DNA of 60,653 bases, the filler included, from Nemertoderma westbladi (taxonomy: Eukaryota > Animalia > Xenacoelomorpha): the NCBI GenBank assembly GCA_032718475.1. It is 3 parts of 3 records of this genome, joined end to end, with 100 filler letters (N's around TTAATTAATTAA, not from the genome) between each part and the next. Parts side by side here need not be neighbours in the genome. Positions count along the whole stretch, not along the records: positions 1 to 17,339 come from JAUCBJ010000558.1; 2 more parts are not named here. One strand, 5' to 3'. Below the pieces are notes generated by a model. That model was not told the origin of the DNA, searched no databases, and worked only from the letters and a program-made list of their open reading frames with translations. A program made the translations under genes and the position numbers. Below are positions 1-12,040 of the stretch, piece after piece (positions within the stretch are counted from its first letter, which is position 1; every line of letters starts with the position of its first letter).

Positions 1-90
1 GCTAGGGAGGGGGCAAGCCCCCCCCCCCCCAAGATACCTGCGGAGGGGCAGATGCCCCCTTGCCCCCCCCCCCCCCTAGAACCGCCACTG
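1..90. mobile_element. Right end of a probable hAT-type MITE, cut by the window edge
   Basis: Ends CTAGAACCGCCACTG (reverse complement CAGTGGCGGTTCTAG, a hAT-like CAGTGG terminus), with C-rich subterminal runs. The other end and TSD are not visible. Confidence 0.35.
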
Positions 91-892
91 TCTACCGAGC
101 ATCACCATCCTGTCCCATAATAACTTCGTAGCGGCTTTGTGTCGACGGTCGAAAAATGACCATACAGTAGTGCTTTTTTTCTGACCTTCGTCCTGGAACC
201 CTACGCAGCCGGGTACTATATAGCTATACACCGGCTTTCATTGCAGTAAAGAAAAGTGTAGGCGCCGTATAACCGCGGTATAATCAGTTTTCAGATCTAG
301 CTCCTCTACTAATTTATTATGCCCTATATTAATTAAATAAAACACCGCAAAGATAGGTGGAATATTCTGATATTCAATTAAAGGGATATTGCGTTAGAGA
401 AACTGTGATAGGCAAAACAGAAGTAGGCCTAAGCAGCTAGGCTTGTACAGTCTGCAGTCTGACAGTTGTAGCTAGAATAATTGCTGAATTGCATCGGATC
501 GGATCGGACGGCATCTGACATATAATTCTACCTCGAATCCTGCAATCAGTCAATACTGCAATACTGGTCAGCCGGTACCATACACTGCAGACATGCCATA
601 TCATGTAATCTAATTAAACATGGCCCCGGAACCCTTGCGGTGATTATAGTTTAGGCCTAATTAGCCCAGTACCGGCACCGGTAATAATAATATAATAGTT
701 TAGATAGTTACCGCTAATCATTCAGTCATTGGCACGGTACACCGTATTGCTGTACTGCCGTTGTAGTGCGCACCGTAGGTACCACCCATGGCCTACTACA
801 CACAGGCCATGACAAGGACTTTGCTGTGAAATTAGCGTAGGCTGACTGTGCTGATTATGGTACTGTCAGACTGTGGTACCTAAGCTATATAC

Positions 893-1613
893 TGTTAGGT
901 ATATTGCTGTATTGGGGTGGGGTTAGGAATAATCCATTTGTTTTAGCATTGAACTGTTGAATCCCCTATTTATTATAAAACCATTGGAAATATTCGCAAA
1001 TGCCGCTCCATTACTGTCTGAAACGCTCCCGACAGTCCGATGTATCTGGACCCGAGCAGCCGAGTTGCTTCAAGAGGTGATTAACGGGGGAATACTACGG
1101 AATTGCTTGTTTGTCAGTACGATTCTATTTGGGTATCTTACTACACTCAGACACTGGGAATACGGCGGTCGGTCAGATCGTAATGCGGGCCACTGCCAAG
1201 TTCCTCATGCCTCACTCCGGTCACCCACCTTGGAGTGCGGTGGGAAGAGTCCCACTTACTGACTTACGTCGACGACTGGACGAATCGACGAGGATTGCGA
1301 TCTGGGTTTAGCGGCGGCCCGGATCCTGGGATCGCCTGGGGGAAATGGTTGAACGCCGGGCAGACGTGTATCGCACTGGATTACGTTCTCTGCGACGCGA
1401 AAGTGTGAAGCGAATTCGTTGTCGAATTGGGTCGAAAGCTGCGGGAATTCTACTGTTCTACGGGAGTAAACCGCAGCGGTCCGGTGACTACGGACGGATA
1501 CTACTGGGATAAGCAGGTATTTCGATCGAGTTTCTCGTATTCTCGATGCTCGACAGCTCGAGGCGGATAGAGAGTTGGTTGTGTTGGGCGGTGTTGTTCA
1601 ATTCTATCAAACA
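893..1613 (-). mobile_element. Possible solo LTR
   Basis: GC-richer block bounded by TGTT...AACA, with AATAAA ~75 nt before the minus-strand 3' end. TSD does not match cleanly (TATAC vs TATTA). Confidence 0.3.
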
Positions 1614-1745
1614 TATTAAATAATTGGTAAAATAATAAAAACACACCAGATAAAGATACTGAGCTTATGGTAAAGAGATAGGCCGAACTTACAATTTCCA
1701 AATAGATTGTTCATATAATAAATATATTTTTGGTATTTGATTTCA

Positions 1746-2248
1746 AGATAGGGGGGGGGGGGGGGGACTGGACGCAATAAAAATTAATCCCTCTCCAGGG
1801 GAAATTGGACGCAAATAACAACAGCTGATTACTCTCAAAAATAAAACTGTAACCTGTTCTATTGTGTTTACTTTATTGTTTTGGTTAAAATAACGTGCCA
1901 CTGTAACCTGCTCCTTTCCCAAAATTGAGAAATTAATATTGAGGCGAGTTGTAGTTCATATGCGTACCTCTGGTATTTTCGTATTGCAAAAAGAAGACTA
2001 TAAGTATGAAATACCCTATGTTATTGAGATATTGTTTATTGTTTTGGTTAGAAAAGCCCACCACTGTAACCTGCTCCTTTCCGTTAATTAAGTAATGGAG
2101 ATTAGTTTATTGTTTTGGTTAGAAAACACCACCACTGTAACCTGCTTCTTTTGCCAGAGGTACGCATATGAACAATAACCTTGAGGCGGGATATTAATTC
2201 GCCAAGATGGGATTTGCGTCCAGTCTCCCCCCCCCCCCCTCCTATCTC
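1746..2248. mobile_element. MITE (MULE-like) nested in the P-like element
   Basis: Inverted ends AGATAGG-Gn-GACTGGACGCAA and TTGCGTCCAGTC-Cn-CCTATCTC. Flanking direct repeat TTGATTTCA at 1737-1745 and 2249-2257. Confidence 0.6.
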
Positions 2249-2519
2249 TTGATTTCACTAAAAAATAGAATACATTGCATTTTACTGTTATAATTACTGT
2301 ATTGAATAAAATAATTAATTGATTGTTTATTAAAGACTTTATTATAGACTACATGAGTACCAAGTTTGGTTCCATTTCATCCATGATGTACTGCTGTAGT
2401 GCTGTGCTGTAGTGTAGTGATTAGAGTACAGCCTTTGATACTGCCGACAGCCAGACTGCTTGGCGCCAAACAAAGGAGTAGAAACCGGATTGTGGGCCGC
2501 CACTATCCCTCGAAGAGGA

Positions 2520-5500
2520 ATGCCGTGTTGCAGGTGCGGCATCAACAGCACTTGCGTGCGGGGCTGCGCCTGTGTAAAGGCCAAGATAGACTGCCTGAAC
2601 TGCGTTCCCGGTAAGCAGAGACGGTGCCGAAACGGCGGGACCGATTCGCCGATCAGCCAATCCCAACCCACCCCGACCAGCGATGGACTACGAGACTTGG
2701 TTTCACCCATTTCGTTCTCCCAGCCAACAGCTACAGAGTCGGGGGGGAGGGACGAGTCCTTCGACGAGACTTTGGTGGTGGAATTGTCGGACAGCGATGG
2801 TTCTTTCCACTCGCTCTGCGACACATTGGTGTCACGTAGTTCTGTGTCCGAGGTCAGTCTATCAGCCTCAACGACTCCAGAAGTCGGACTGTCGGGTCCA
2901 GATGTGCTCATGGGTCAGGGGAACCCCGTATCGCCAACCAATGATGCCGCCTCCCTGGACTGCGCCTCCGGTGTAGCCCCTACGGTGTCCGGTGCTGCCC
3001 CCCTCACCCCAACAGTGTCCGGTGTTGCCCCCCTCACCCCTATGGTGTCCGGCCTAGCCCCACTCTCCACAACGGTGTCCGGGGTTGCCCCCCTAGATCT
3101 CACGCATACAGTGCCTGGGGTCGCCCCTACGGTGGCCGGTGTCGCCGCCATCACCCCTACGGTGTCCGGTGTTGCCCCACTCACCACAACGGTGTCCGGG
3201 GTTGCCCCCCTCGATCTCACCGCTACGGTGTCCGGGGTCGCCCCTATGGTGTCCAGTGTCGCCCCTACGGTGTCCGGTGTTGCTCCCCTCGCCCCTATGG
3301 TGTCCGGTGTTGCCACCCTCGCCCCAAATGTGTCTGGTGTTGCCCCCCTCGCCCAAACGGTGTCTGGTGCTGCCCCCCGGGCCCCCGTGGTGTCTGGTGG
3401 CTCCCCCCTTGCCCCTACAGTGTCCGGGGTCTCCCCCCTCGCCCCAATGGTGTCCGGTGTTGCCCCCCTCGCCCCTACGGCGTCTATTGCGCCACTGGTA
3501 GCCACAGCAACGCAACCACGCGGAACTACGCAGCCGCTGAGTGCCACAACGCCAATAGCTGCCCCAATCCCGCCAACGAACGCCAACTCCAACAGAATAG
3601 TTTCCTGGGGCAATGTAAGGCTACCCTTACTTCAGTTGGAGACCTCGATCAATGGCGTCTACGACGTCATTGTTCACTGGCGACCCAATCTATTTTTGGT
3701 TCCACAGGGTATGGTCGGGCGCGATTTTGTGGCAGGAATGTCCAATCTTCTGTCACTAGTGACGACGGGGAACCCTCTGCAGTCGTTTGCGTTGATGGCG
3801 GCCCCGGCTTTGTTGCTCCAGAAACCAAGCCGCGCATCAACAACGGCGACACACCGGCGGGTTCTAGAACGCCGGCTGGAAAGTTGGAAACGCGGCGAAT
3901 TCGGTGAACTCCTCGTGGAAGCCAGAGCAATTCAGGCGCACCTCCCCAAGCAACGTTTCCGAGCCAATTCTCAGAACGTTGCCGTGCAGAAAGCGTTTGT
4001 GCGTCACATGCTGGTGGGAAACGTGTCTGCGGCGACAAGGAGTCTCAGCGACCTGAACCGGGGGAAACCGCTGAAGTTGGACGATACTTTCGTGGACAAA
4101 GACGGAACGACGAAGATTGTCCGCGATGTTCTGCGGGAGAAACACCCGGCCGCGAAACCCGCCGATGAATCCATTCTCCTCACAGAGTTCGTTGGAGCCC
4201 CAGAGTACCACAGCGTGATATTTGAGCGCCTGAATGGACAGCTCATCTTGTCCAGTCTTCTAAGGATGCGTGGAAACGCTTCGGGACCTTCGGGGTTGGA
4301 CGTCCAGGGATGGAAACATCTCCTGACGAGGTTCCGGAATCAATCAACGGAGCTCTGTGACCGAATCGCCGATTTGGGGAAACTCATATCGCAGACTGTT
4401 CTTCCTCCAGGAATTCTTACACCGTTTCTGTCCACCCGACTGCTAGCGCTTGATAAGAACCCCGGAGTCCGTCCCATCGGGATAGGCGAGGTTCTCCGCC
4501 GGGTGGTCGGCAAGGCGGCGATGACCTGTATCCGCGGGGATCTACAGGAGGTGGGCGGCTCCGTCCAGATGTGCCTCGGCCAGAAGGCTGGCATCGAGTC
4601 CGCCATCCACTCGCTGAACGACGAGTTCGCCACGGACAATGGCGACGCCGTCCTCCAGATCGACGCCACGAATGCGTTCAACGCGCTGAACCGCGAGGCG
4701 GCGCTGCAAAACATCCGGCTGGTCTGCCCCGCGCTTCACACCATCGTAGTGAATTGCTACGACCAGCCGTCGTGTTTGTTCGTGGGGGGCGAGACGATGT
4801 TCTCAGAGGAGGGCTCGACGCAGGGCGACCCGGTGGCGATGCCGATATTTGGCGTCGGTCTCGTCCCGTTACTCGCCGAGCTTATGCGCGCCTGTACTGT
4901 CGTTCAGAAGTGGTACGCGGACAACGGGAATGCCGTGGGGAAACTCAAGGAACTCCGGAAGTTCTGGGACGTGGTGTCAGTGAGGGGGCCTCTCTATGGG
5001 TACTACCCGACTAAGTGCTGCCTCACCGTCAAGCCGGAGAAGTTGGAGGAGGCGAAGGAGATTTTCGCGGACACCGGCGTTGCCATCGACACGGTGGGGA
5101 ACAAACTCCTCGGCGGAGTAATCGGGACCGAGGAGTTCCAGCGCGAGTACACCGAGCGGAAGGTGGAGGAGTTCGCCGCCGACGTGGATCGCCTCGCCAC
5201 CATCGCCGCAGTCAACCCGCACTGCGCGTACGCCGGCCTCGCCTTCGGTCTCTCCTGCCGGTGGCGGTTCTTGGCGCGCGTCGTCCCGGGGGCCACGGAT
5301 TCTTTTGGGAAGTTGGAGGAGGCCGTGGAACAGTGCCTCTGCCGGATCATTGACCGGCCGGCGGTATCGGCGACAGAACGCGAGTTGCTGTCGCTACCGG
5401 TTCGGGATGGGGGGCTGGGGATCCCGGTTCCCGAGGATCTACGACCCCAATACGAGAACTCCCGGAGGATCTGCGACCCGTTCATCTCCATGGAGGGCGA

Positions 5501-6439
5501 GTCAATGGTGGCGGTTAGGGAAGAGCAGACGCACGTAGCGAAGTTAGTTGCAGCCTCCTCCTCTGTTGTAGCGAAAGCTAAAAAGGAGGAGGTTTATGAC
5601 AAATTAAGTAGTGAAATGCACAATTTGTGCTTACTAACTACTGAGAAGAGAAAGGTGCGTCTGCCTGGCTAAATACCAAACCCTTAACGTTGCACGACAC
5701 TCACCTGTCCAAGGAAGAGTTCCGTGACGCAGTTTGTCTCCGGTACGGTTGGTCGCCAAGAAATCTTCCCTCTTGTTGTGTCTGTGGGTCGCGATTTTCT
5801 CCTTCCCACGTTCTGTCGTGTCCCACTGGGGGGTTCCCCTCAATCAGACACAACGAGATCCGCGATTTCGTCGCCGACTCCCTGACAGAGGTGGCCCACA
5901 ACGTGGCTGTCGAGCCGATGCTCCAGCCGCTGACGGGGGAGTCCTTCACTCTCCGGTCCACCTCGACGGACCAGCAGGCGAGACTCGACGTGTCGGTAAG
6001 CGGATTCTGGGGCAACCGCTTCCAGAAGATGTTTATCGATGTGTCGGTGTTCAACCCGCTGGCGGACACCAACGCAGCGATGTCGCTGGACGCCGCCCAC
6101 CTCCATCACGAGGCGAGGAAGATCCGGAGATATGAGGAGCGGATCCGTGAGGTTGAGCACTCAACCTTCACCCCCCTCATATTTTCCGCTTTCGGGGGCA
6201 TGGCGCCGGCTGCGAAGCAGTTTGTCAAGCGGCTAGCGTTGAGGCTGTCGGAGAAACGACAGGTTCCCTACCCGGAGTCGGTAGCGTGGGTGCAGCGACG
6301 CATCAATTTTGCCTTACTCCGGTCGTCCCTGATGTGCCTCCATGGGTTTCGGTCGGCCGCTAGAAGACCGGCGCGGGCAGCGGTGGCGGACGCGTCCATT
6401 GTGTGGGCGAACGCGGACTCGGACCCCGGGACGGCTTAG
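2520..6439 (+). pseudogene. CRE polyprotein (Cys-rich N-terminus, RT, zinc finger, RLE endonuclease), disrupted
   Basis: RT motifs GPSGLD, DKNPGVRPIGIGEVLRR, IDATNAFN, GSTQGDP and WYADN (YADD altered). A 5-bp GAGAA duplication near 5643-5652 shifts the frame; removing it restores TEKGASAWL and joins ORF 5690..6439 (CVCG..H..SC, RHNEIRD, RLDV..DV, EARKIRRY). Confidence 0.88.
2969..3480 (+). repeat. Coding minisatellite in the CRE ORF (~30-bp unit, VSGVAPLAPT)
   Basis: Repeated GTGTCCGGTGTTGCCCCCCTCGCCCCTACG-like units, with length variants that keep the frame. Confidence 0.9.
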
Positions 6440-7182
6440 ATGTTAGAGGTCTGGCGGGTTTGTTGGGTACTGGCAGTGGCAGAGTGGCAGACTGGTGATG
6501 GGTACTGACCAATTTGTATTGTTTGTATTGTTGCTAGGTAACAGTTTGAATCAGCTGGTGGTGGGTTATATTTGTACTTGTTTTGGTGCGTTTTTATATT
6601 CGAATTATTGTTTGTTAATATTATAATATATGGAGGCTTTTGAGTAAAAAAAAAAAAAAAAAATTTCATCCATGATTGACCGACTTATTAGCGTTCAAAC
6701 ATTCCTGCCACAAACATAGCCAGAGGCAGCCACAAACGAATAAAAGCTGCAGGAACTCGAGCGATAATTAATTTATTAATTATTAAATACTGTTTCAATT
6801 AAATTCTTTACGAAAATCTAGTCATCTTCTTTTAAATATGGACCCTGCATTCGTGGAAAATATAATATTTGATAATTCATCAGTCAGCCTACGCTAATTT
6901 CACGGCAAGTCCTTGTCATGGCCTGTGTGTAGTAGGCCATGGTACCACCCTACTACCGGTACCGGCTGACCGCGTGACCGGTGGCAACTAGCACTTCAGC
7001 ACTTGCACAGCAACAGCACTACCGGCGATACACAGGTTGAAATTTATGTAGAGTTTGCTCAACAGTACAGATATAAAATAGTTATCTAAATTTTATATAT
7101 TACTATTGACAAGTATTGAAATATATACCGTTATTCGTGTTATCAGTATTTGCAACATCTGACATTGAAGAGGTGAAAGAAG

Positions 7183-7522
7183 ATGAATACTGGCACTCAA
7201 CAAAACCAACGCTTATCACAGGTCGGTATGGTTACCTCAAAACCGGCGCGACTGTCCACTCGAATACAACTTCAAAACACAAACGCCAACAATAAACTGA
7301 AAGCGAATCGAACGTCTTCAGAAGAATCTGTCATTGGGACGAAGAAAAGGAAGCCGAAACCACGGGAATGGACCACAGCTAAGATTTAATGCTCCCATTG
7401 TCAGAGTTCCTGGACCGAAATTGAAACACCAATTGCCGATGGGCTTGATCTCTCAAACCAAAACTTCCTCTGCGGGGTTTGCGTGGCAGTAAAGATTGAA
7501 AGTCTAGAAGCTGGCATCCCTA
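7183..7522 (+). pseudogene. Degenerate ORF with a C4/PHD-like zinc finger, possibly a LINE ORF1 remnant
   Basis: Reading through the stop at 7387-7389 gives KI*CSHCQSSW...NFLCGVCVAVKIESLE. Confidence 0.3.
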
Positions 7523-8141
7523 GGTATTATTATTATAAAGAGCGTCAGCCTGCGTTTAATAAATATATTTTAATACAAAACAGGTCGAACACAAAGAGGC
7601 TTATAATGAAGACGAGTACTGCATTGATTATATTCCTATAAACCACCTGGCTTTGCATATTGAACGTGCGTTTGGAGGAAATAAGTTCGTGCTACCCTTC
7701 CGTGGGTGGTAGATGTCGCGGTTATGTATTGGTGGGTGGGAAGGGAGGGGGGGGGGGGGGGGGGTGCAGATTAAAAGGGGTGAACATGTACTTTCCCCCT
7801 TTCTTTGATTAATTGGTGGTGTGGGTTAATCTCTCATAACCTGATTTTGTGATACAGTCGCACAATTTTAATTTGTATCTCATAAATGGGCCTCGTGCTG
7901 CGCGAAGGCCCCACGAACGTGTAGTATTTGTACATAGATTGGTATGCCTAGCATACTATTAACCAAAGCTTATTCACAAATTATCAGTGTCACCTTGGTG
8001 AAACGACCTTAATAATAACATAATATTGTTAAGTTGTGAATAAAAGAAATTGAATTGAATTGATCCTATTTGAATATTAATCTAAATTTCAATATATTTT
8101 GTTGGAGAGGAAGATTGTCCAGTTGTTTATAGATATTGTAA

Positions 8142-8630
8142 CATGTTCCTATAAACTCTTATAGACCCCAGCCCAACCAGGTCGTGGCCCACCCTGCCAC
8201 GGTGTTGAGACAAAGGTGAGGCATGTTCCTGTAAACTGTTATAGACCCCAGCTCAAACAGATCGTGTCCCACCATGCCACGGTGCTGAGACTAAGGTGAG
8301 GCATGTTCCTATAAACTCTTATAGACCCCAGCCCAACCAGGTCGTGGCCCACCCTGCCACGGTGTTGAGACTAAGGTGAGGCATGTTCCTATAAAATCTT
8401 ATAGACCCCAGCTCAACCAGGTCGTGGCCCACCCTGCCACGGTGTTGAGACAAAGGTAAGGCATGTTCCTATAAACTCTTATAGACCCCAGCTCAACCAG
8501 GTCGTGGCCCACCATGCCACGGTGTTGAGACTAAGGTGAGGCATGTTCCTATAAAATCTTATAGACCCCAGCCCAACCAGGTCGTGGTCCACCCTGCCAC
8601 GGTGTTGAGACTAAGGTAAGGCATGTTCCT
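8142..8630. repeat. Tandem minisatellite, six copies of an 80-bp unit
   Basis: CATGTTCCT recurs at 8142, 8222, 8302, 8382, 8462, 8542 and 8622. Whole units are near-identical. Confidence 0.95.
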
Positions 8631-9139
8631 GCCTGGTGAGTTGGCCCTTTGGACCAGTTTCGTTTCATTCTAGACTAGATTTATCGATTCAGTTTCAGCC
8701 AATCAGAGCGTCCTATTCGTAGACCACTCGCCGCTTGGGTCTGAAAATTTGCGAGTGACTTTACATTTGGCTTATGTATTTATGGTCAAAAAATTACGAA
8801 ATCGTTAGAACCGATTTAAATTTGATCACTCACTCAGTCACTCACTCGCGCACTCATTGTCAACACGGGTATATTTCTAAGACTCCTTACAGAAAGTAAC
8901 GGCGGTTCCTAATTATATAAAGGAACCACAGGAAAACTGAAACAGTGCCGGTACACAACTTCACAAATCTGCCAAAAACTGCAATCCGCACATCCCACTG
9001 AGGGTTTGCCGCACTTTGGAGGTGGGGGTGCATGTCCCTCCCCAAGGTCGTTGGATTGGGGACCTTCCAATCAACTGACTGATGTTAGCTGATGACACCA
9101 ATGGTACTTTTTGTACTTTCGGGACACAGGTTGTTAGTG

Positions 9140-9925
9140 AGGATGTATGCGTGACATACAGCGATGGATGAACACACACTTCTTAAAGATGAATCTAAAT
9201 AAAACTGAGGTATTACTTCTCCAGTCACGTTATGCAAACCAAATAGATTCACCTCAGATAGATATATGTTACAATACAGTCGAATGTAGTAGTAACCATG
9301 CCCGCAACATTGGATTCATATTCGATTCACACATGACTTTTGTCAAGCAGATTTCTACAACCATTAAAGAAGCATTCCTTCATTTAAGGAAACTATCTTT
9401 GATTAAACGATACTTGAGCGCCCATGATCTTGAAATCCTAGTACATGCACTAATAATAACCAGCAAACTCGATAATAACAACTCTATGTATTAAGGCTTA
9501 CCACAAAAACTGCTAAAACGACAAAAGTACGTACAAAACTCGGCGGCCCGCCTAATAGCTGGTGTAAAAAAGCGGGACTGGGAACACATCAATCCCATAT
9601 TAAAAGCTCTGCACTGGCTTCCCGTTGCCCGCCGGCCGATTAGATTTTAATACTGCATTGCTGGCTTACAAATGCCTACATGGTTGTGCACCAACTTATT
9701 TATGCAACCTAATCCAAAGATACGTTCCGACCCGCAAACTAGGCTCTAGTGGAGGCGATCTTCTCGTCTTTCCCAGATTCCGCCTCGAGTCGTACGGAAA
9801 GCGCGCATTCTCCCATGCGGCTCCATGCATCTGGAACTCACTCCGTTAGATCTGCACCTTCTGTTGAGAGTTTTAAGTCAAGGTTAAAGACTCACTATTT
9901 TAAAGAAGAGTATTGCCAATAAACA
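9140..9925 (+). mobile_element. Degraded, 5'-truncated L2-clade LINE (RT C-terminal region)
   Basis: Broken frames give WMNTHFLKMNLNKTEVL, VQNSAARLI, HINPILKALHWLP and GKRAFSHAAPCIWNSL, typical of L2 ORF2 C-termini. Stops and frameshifts present. Confidence 0.8.
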
Positions 9926-10353
9926 GAACCAACGGGGCACATATTTTAATGTTGATGATCCATTATTAAATCAGTTTTTTTTATTTAAATTGATTGTTCT
10001 GTTTTTAATTATGTACTTAAATACGTATTGTGTTCCTGTTCCAAGCGCCTTGAAACACACCCAGAAAGGCGCTATACAAATATATTATTAGTACATTATT
10101 ACTTATAGTTTCTTCGTTTGTTATTTATATTTCGTTGTTGTTTACAAACCTCCTACCGGTAATGTTTTTACTGCTTGGAAGGAAAAACAATTACAATAAT
10201 GATGATTGATATTGAGATATTTTTGGTTTCTTTGGTGCTTAACATCCCGTTTGAGTTGTCAGGATGGACTAAAAATATCAACATATTTGGAAGCGAAGAG
10301 GTAACGAAATAAATCTTTCAATTTTTTTAATAAATTATAAATTTCAAGCTCAC

Positions 10354-10947
10354 CTGCAATCTGTATTTTCATCTCCACTTTTTTAGGTGTAATTTGCCCC
10401 CATATTAGATTTTCATATACGCCATTCAGATAGGATACCACACACTCTTGGTACCACCATCCTCCGAAATAATCGAAGGCGCAGTTGAGGTCGTTACTAG
10501 CATCGTTATCACGATCATATGTGGAGAATTCCATCCCATTGTGGAACAAGGTAAGTTCGTCAAGAATATTGATACCTGTCAGAGGATTGCTGTATCCAGA
10601 CACACTCAAGACATAGTTGGAATCGGCTGCTCCCACTTCAAATACTGAATATTCGGCAATACCGAACATATCGATGTCATAGCATATCTCTATTCTCAAC
10701 TTAACCCCTCCCATGGTGATGTTGTGGATGTTCTTTAAACCTAACCAGAAATTCGTGTTGAGATCTCCGAAGCCATTCTCGTATTCTTCCCAGTTGCGTT
10801 CGAATCCAATGTTTCCATCGACACGACGCTGTATTATCAGCCACGGACCGCCTGCAGTTCTATCGTCTATCCGTAGACAACCATTGAGACCGTCTATATC
10901 TGTAGATGTGATAATGTTTCCAGGGGGATACTCTGGTAAACATGGAT
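10354..10947 (-). CDS. Internal exon encoding a fibrinogen-related domain (FReD)
   Basis: 594-bp open exon between a TTTAG acceptor and a GTGAG donor, phase 1-1. Encodes GGPWLIIQRRVDG..F.RNWEEYENGFG..FWLGL..FSTYDRDND..CA..GGWWY..C..LNG. Confidence 0.85.
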
Positions 10948-12001
10948 CTAAATGATTAAATAATTAAATGTATACAATGATCCATATCCAATGACTCAAT
11001 TATACAATGAAAAAATAAGTAGATCCAGGGCCAAATTTCAAAAATTTATTTTTGAGAGTTATGTTATTTTTCATGCACCTAAGAAGTTAACATAACGTTC
11101 AAATTCAGGTTCAGATACGCGCCCACGCATACTACCAGTACTGAACTGCTGATTTGTTTTGGAAATCGGGTATGGAGGGCCCAGGGTAGATCACATCTTG
11201 GCCATCACTAGTGCAGTCAGGGTCTTAAAGTGCATCTGTTCTTTGAGATTTTCTCAAAAGTTTTTCTAAAAGTGTCTAAAAGTCATTAAATTACTCCCAA
11301 CGGCCGCTTTGAATTCTTGTAGACACTTTTAGTTGGGAATCTCAAAGTTATTTCCTGCTTTTAGGCACTTTGAATTCTTTGAGAAATGTCACTTTTAGGT
11401 ACAGTAGTTAGCGGCACTTTGAATTCTTTGAGAAAATAAACTCCGAGGTATTCGTGATTGACAGCTCGTGGTAAGTTAACAGATTCAGAGGCATTCTCGG
11501 GGAACAATATCATGCGGGCAACATAGTGATACTTGTGCGCTGGCCAGTTGTTGCCTACAGTAGAAGCTACTGTATTTCCATTAATTTAACACATTGAGAT
11601 TCCTGAGGTGATTATGGGATGGGTTTTCGGTCGCAAGTACAAATTGAATTTACGGCGCCCGTTAACAAGCATTCTACCCCCCCCCCCCCCCCCTGCCACC
11701 ACCACCCACCATCCCCTTCTATTTGTAAATAAAGACCTATTACAAAAGTCTTTCTAAAAAACATTCTTAAAAATCAAATAATACATGAAACATAATTAGT
11801 GAAACAAGATTAATGCTTGACAAGATTGATTAATTTAATATTAACATATTACATAACAATATACAATATATATATAACATATATAACAATATATATATAT
11901 ATATACAATACATATATAATATATATAACATACAATATAATATTAACAATTAATATAAGAGAAACTGCACTGCAGTTTCACTGTGTGCGCAGTTTCATTA
12001 C

Positions 12002-12040
12002 AATGACCTGAAGAAGCCCTGTTGGGTGAAAGCTTGTAAT
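12002..12040 (+). ncRNA. Minimal type I hammerhead-ribozyme-like motif (Penelope-type), slightly decayed
   Basis: ATGAC-CTGAAGA-A-GCCC(TGTT)GGGT-GAAA-GCTT-GTAAT: core CUGANGA and GAAA, stem II, palindromic AAGCTT stem III, and a stem I with one mismatch. Confidence 0.55.

Larger units (their letters stand above)
2388..6663 (+). mobile_element. Full-length CRE-clade (RLE-type) non-LTR retrotransposon
   Basis: TSD (A)TTTCATCCATGAT at 2374-2387 and 6663-6676. Poly(A) tail 6646-6663. Single ORF with RT, CCHC finger and restriction-like endonuclease. Confidence 0.9.
787..6941. mobile_element. Non-autonomous P-element-like DNA transposon hosting nested insertions
   Basis: ~60-bp TIRs starting CATGGCCTACTACACACAGGCCATGACAAGGAC (787-848; inverted at 6881-6941). 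Perfect 8-bp TSD GTACCACC at 779-786 and 6942-6949. CATGG terminus plus 8-bp TSD fits the P superfamily. No transposase inside. Confidence 0.8.

Noticed and set aside
2342-6160. Many overlapping and antisense ORFs across the CRE element
   Set aside because: Shadow frames of GC-rich, repetitive coding sequence with no recognisable motifs.
8142-8630. Regular 80-bp repeats as a CRISPR array or ribozyme array
   Set aside because: Whole units are near-identical with no unique spacers, there are no cas genes, and I found no hammerhead core.
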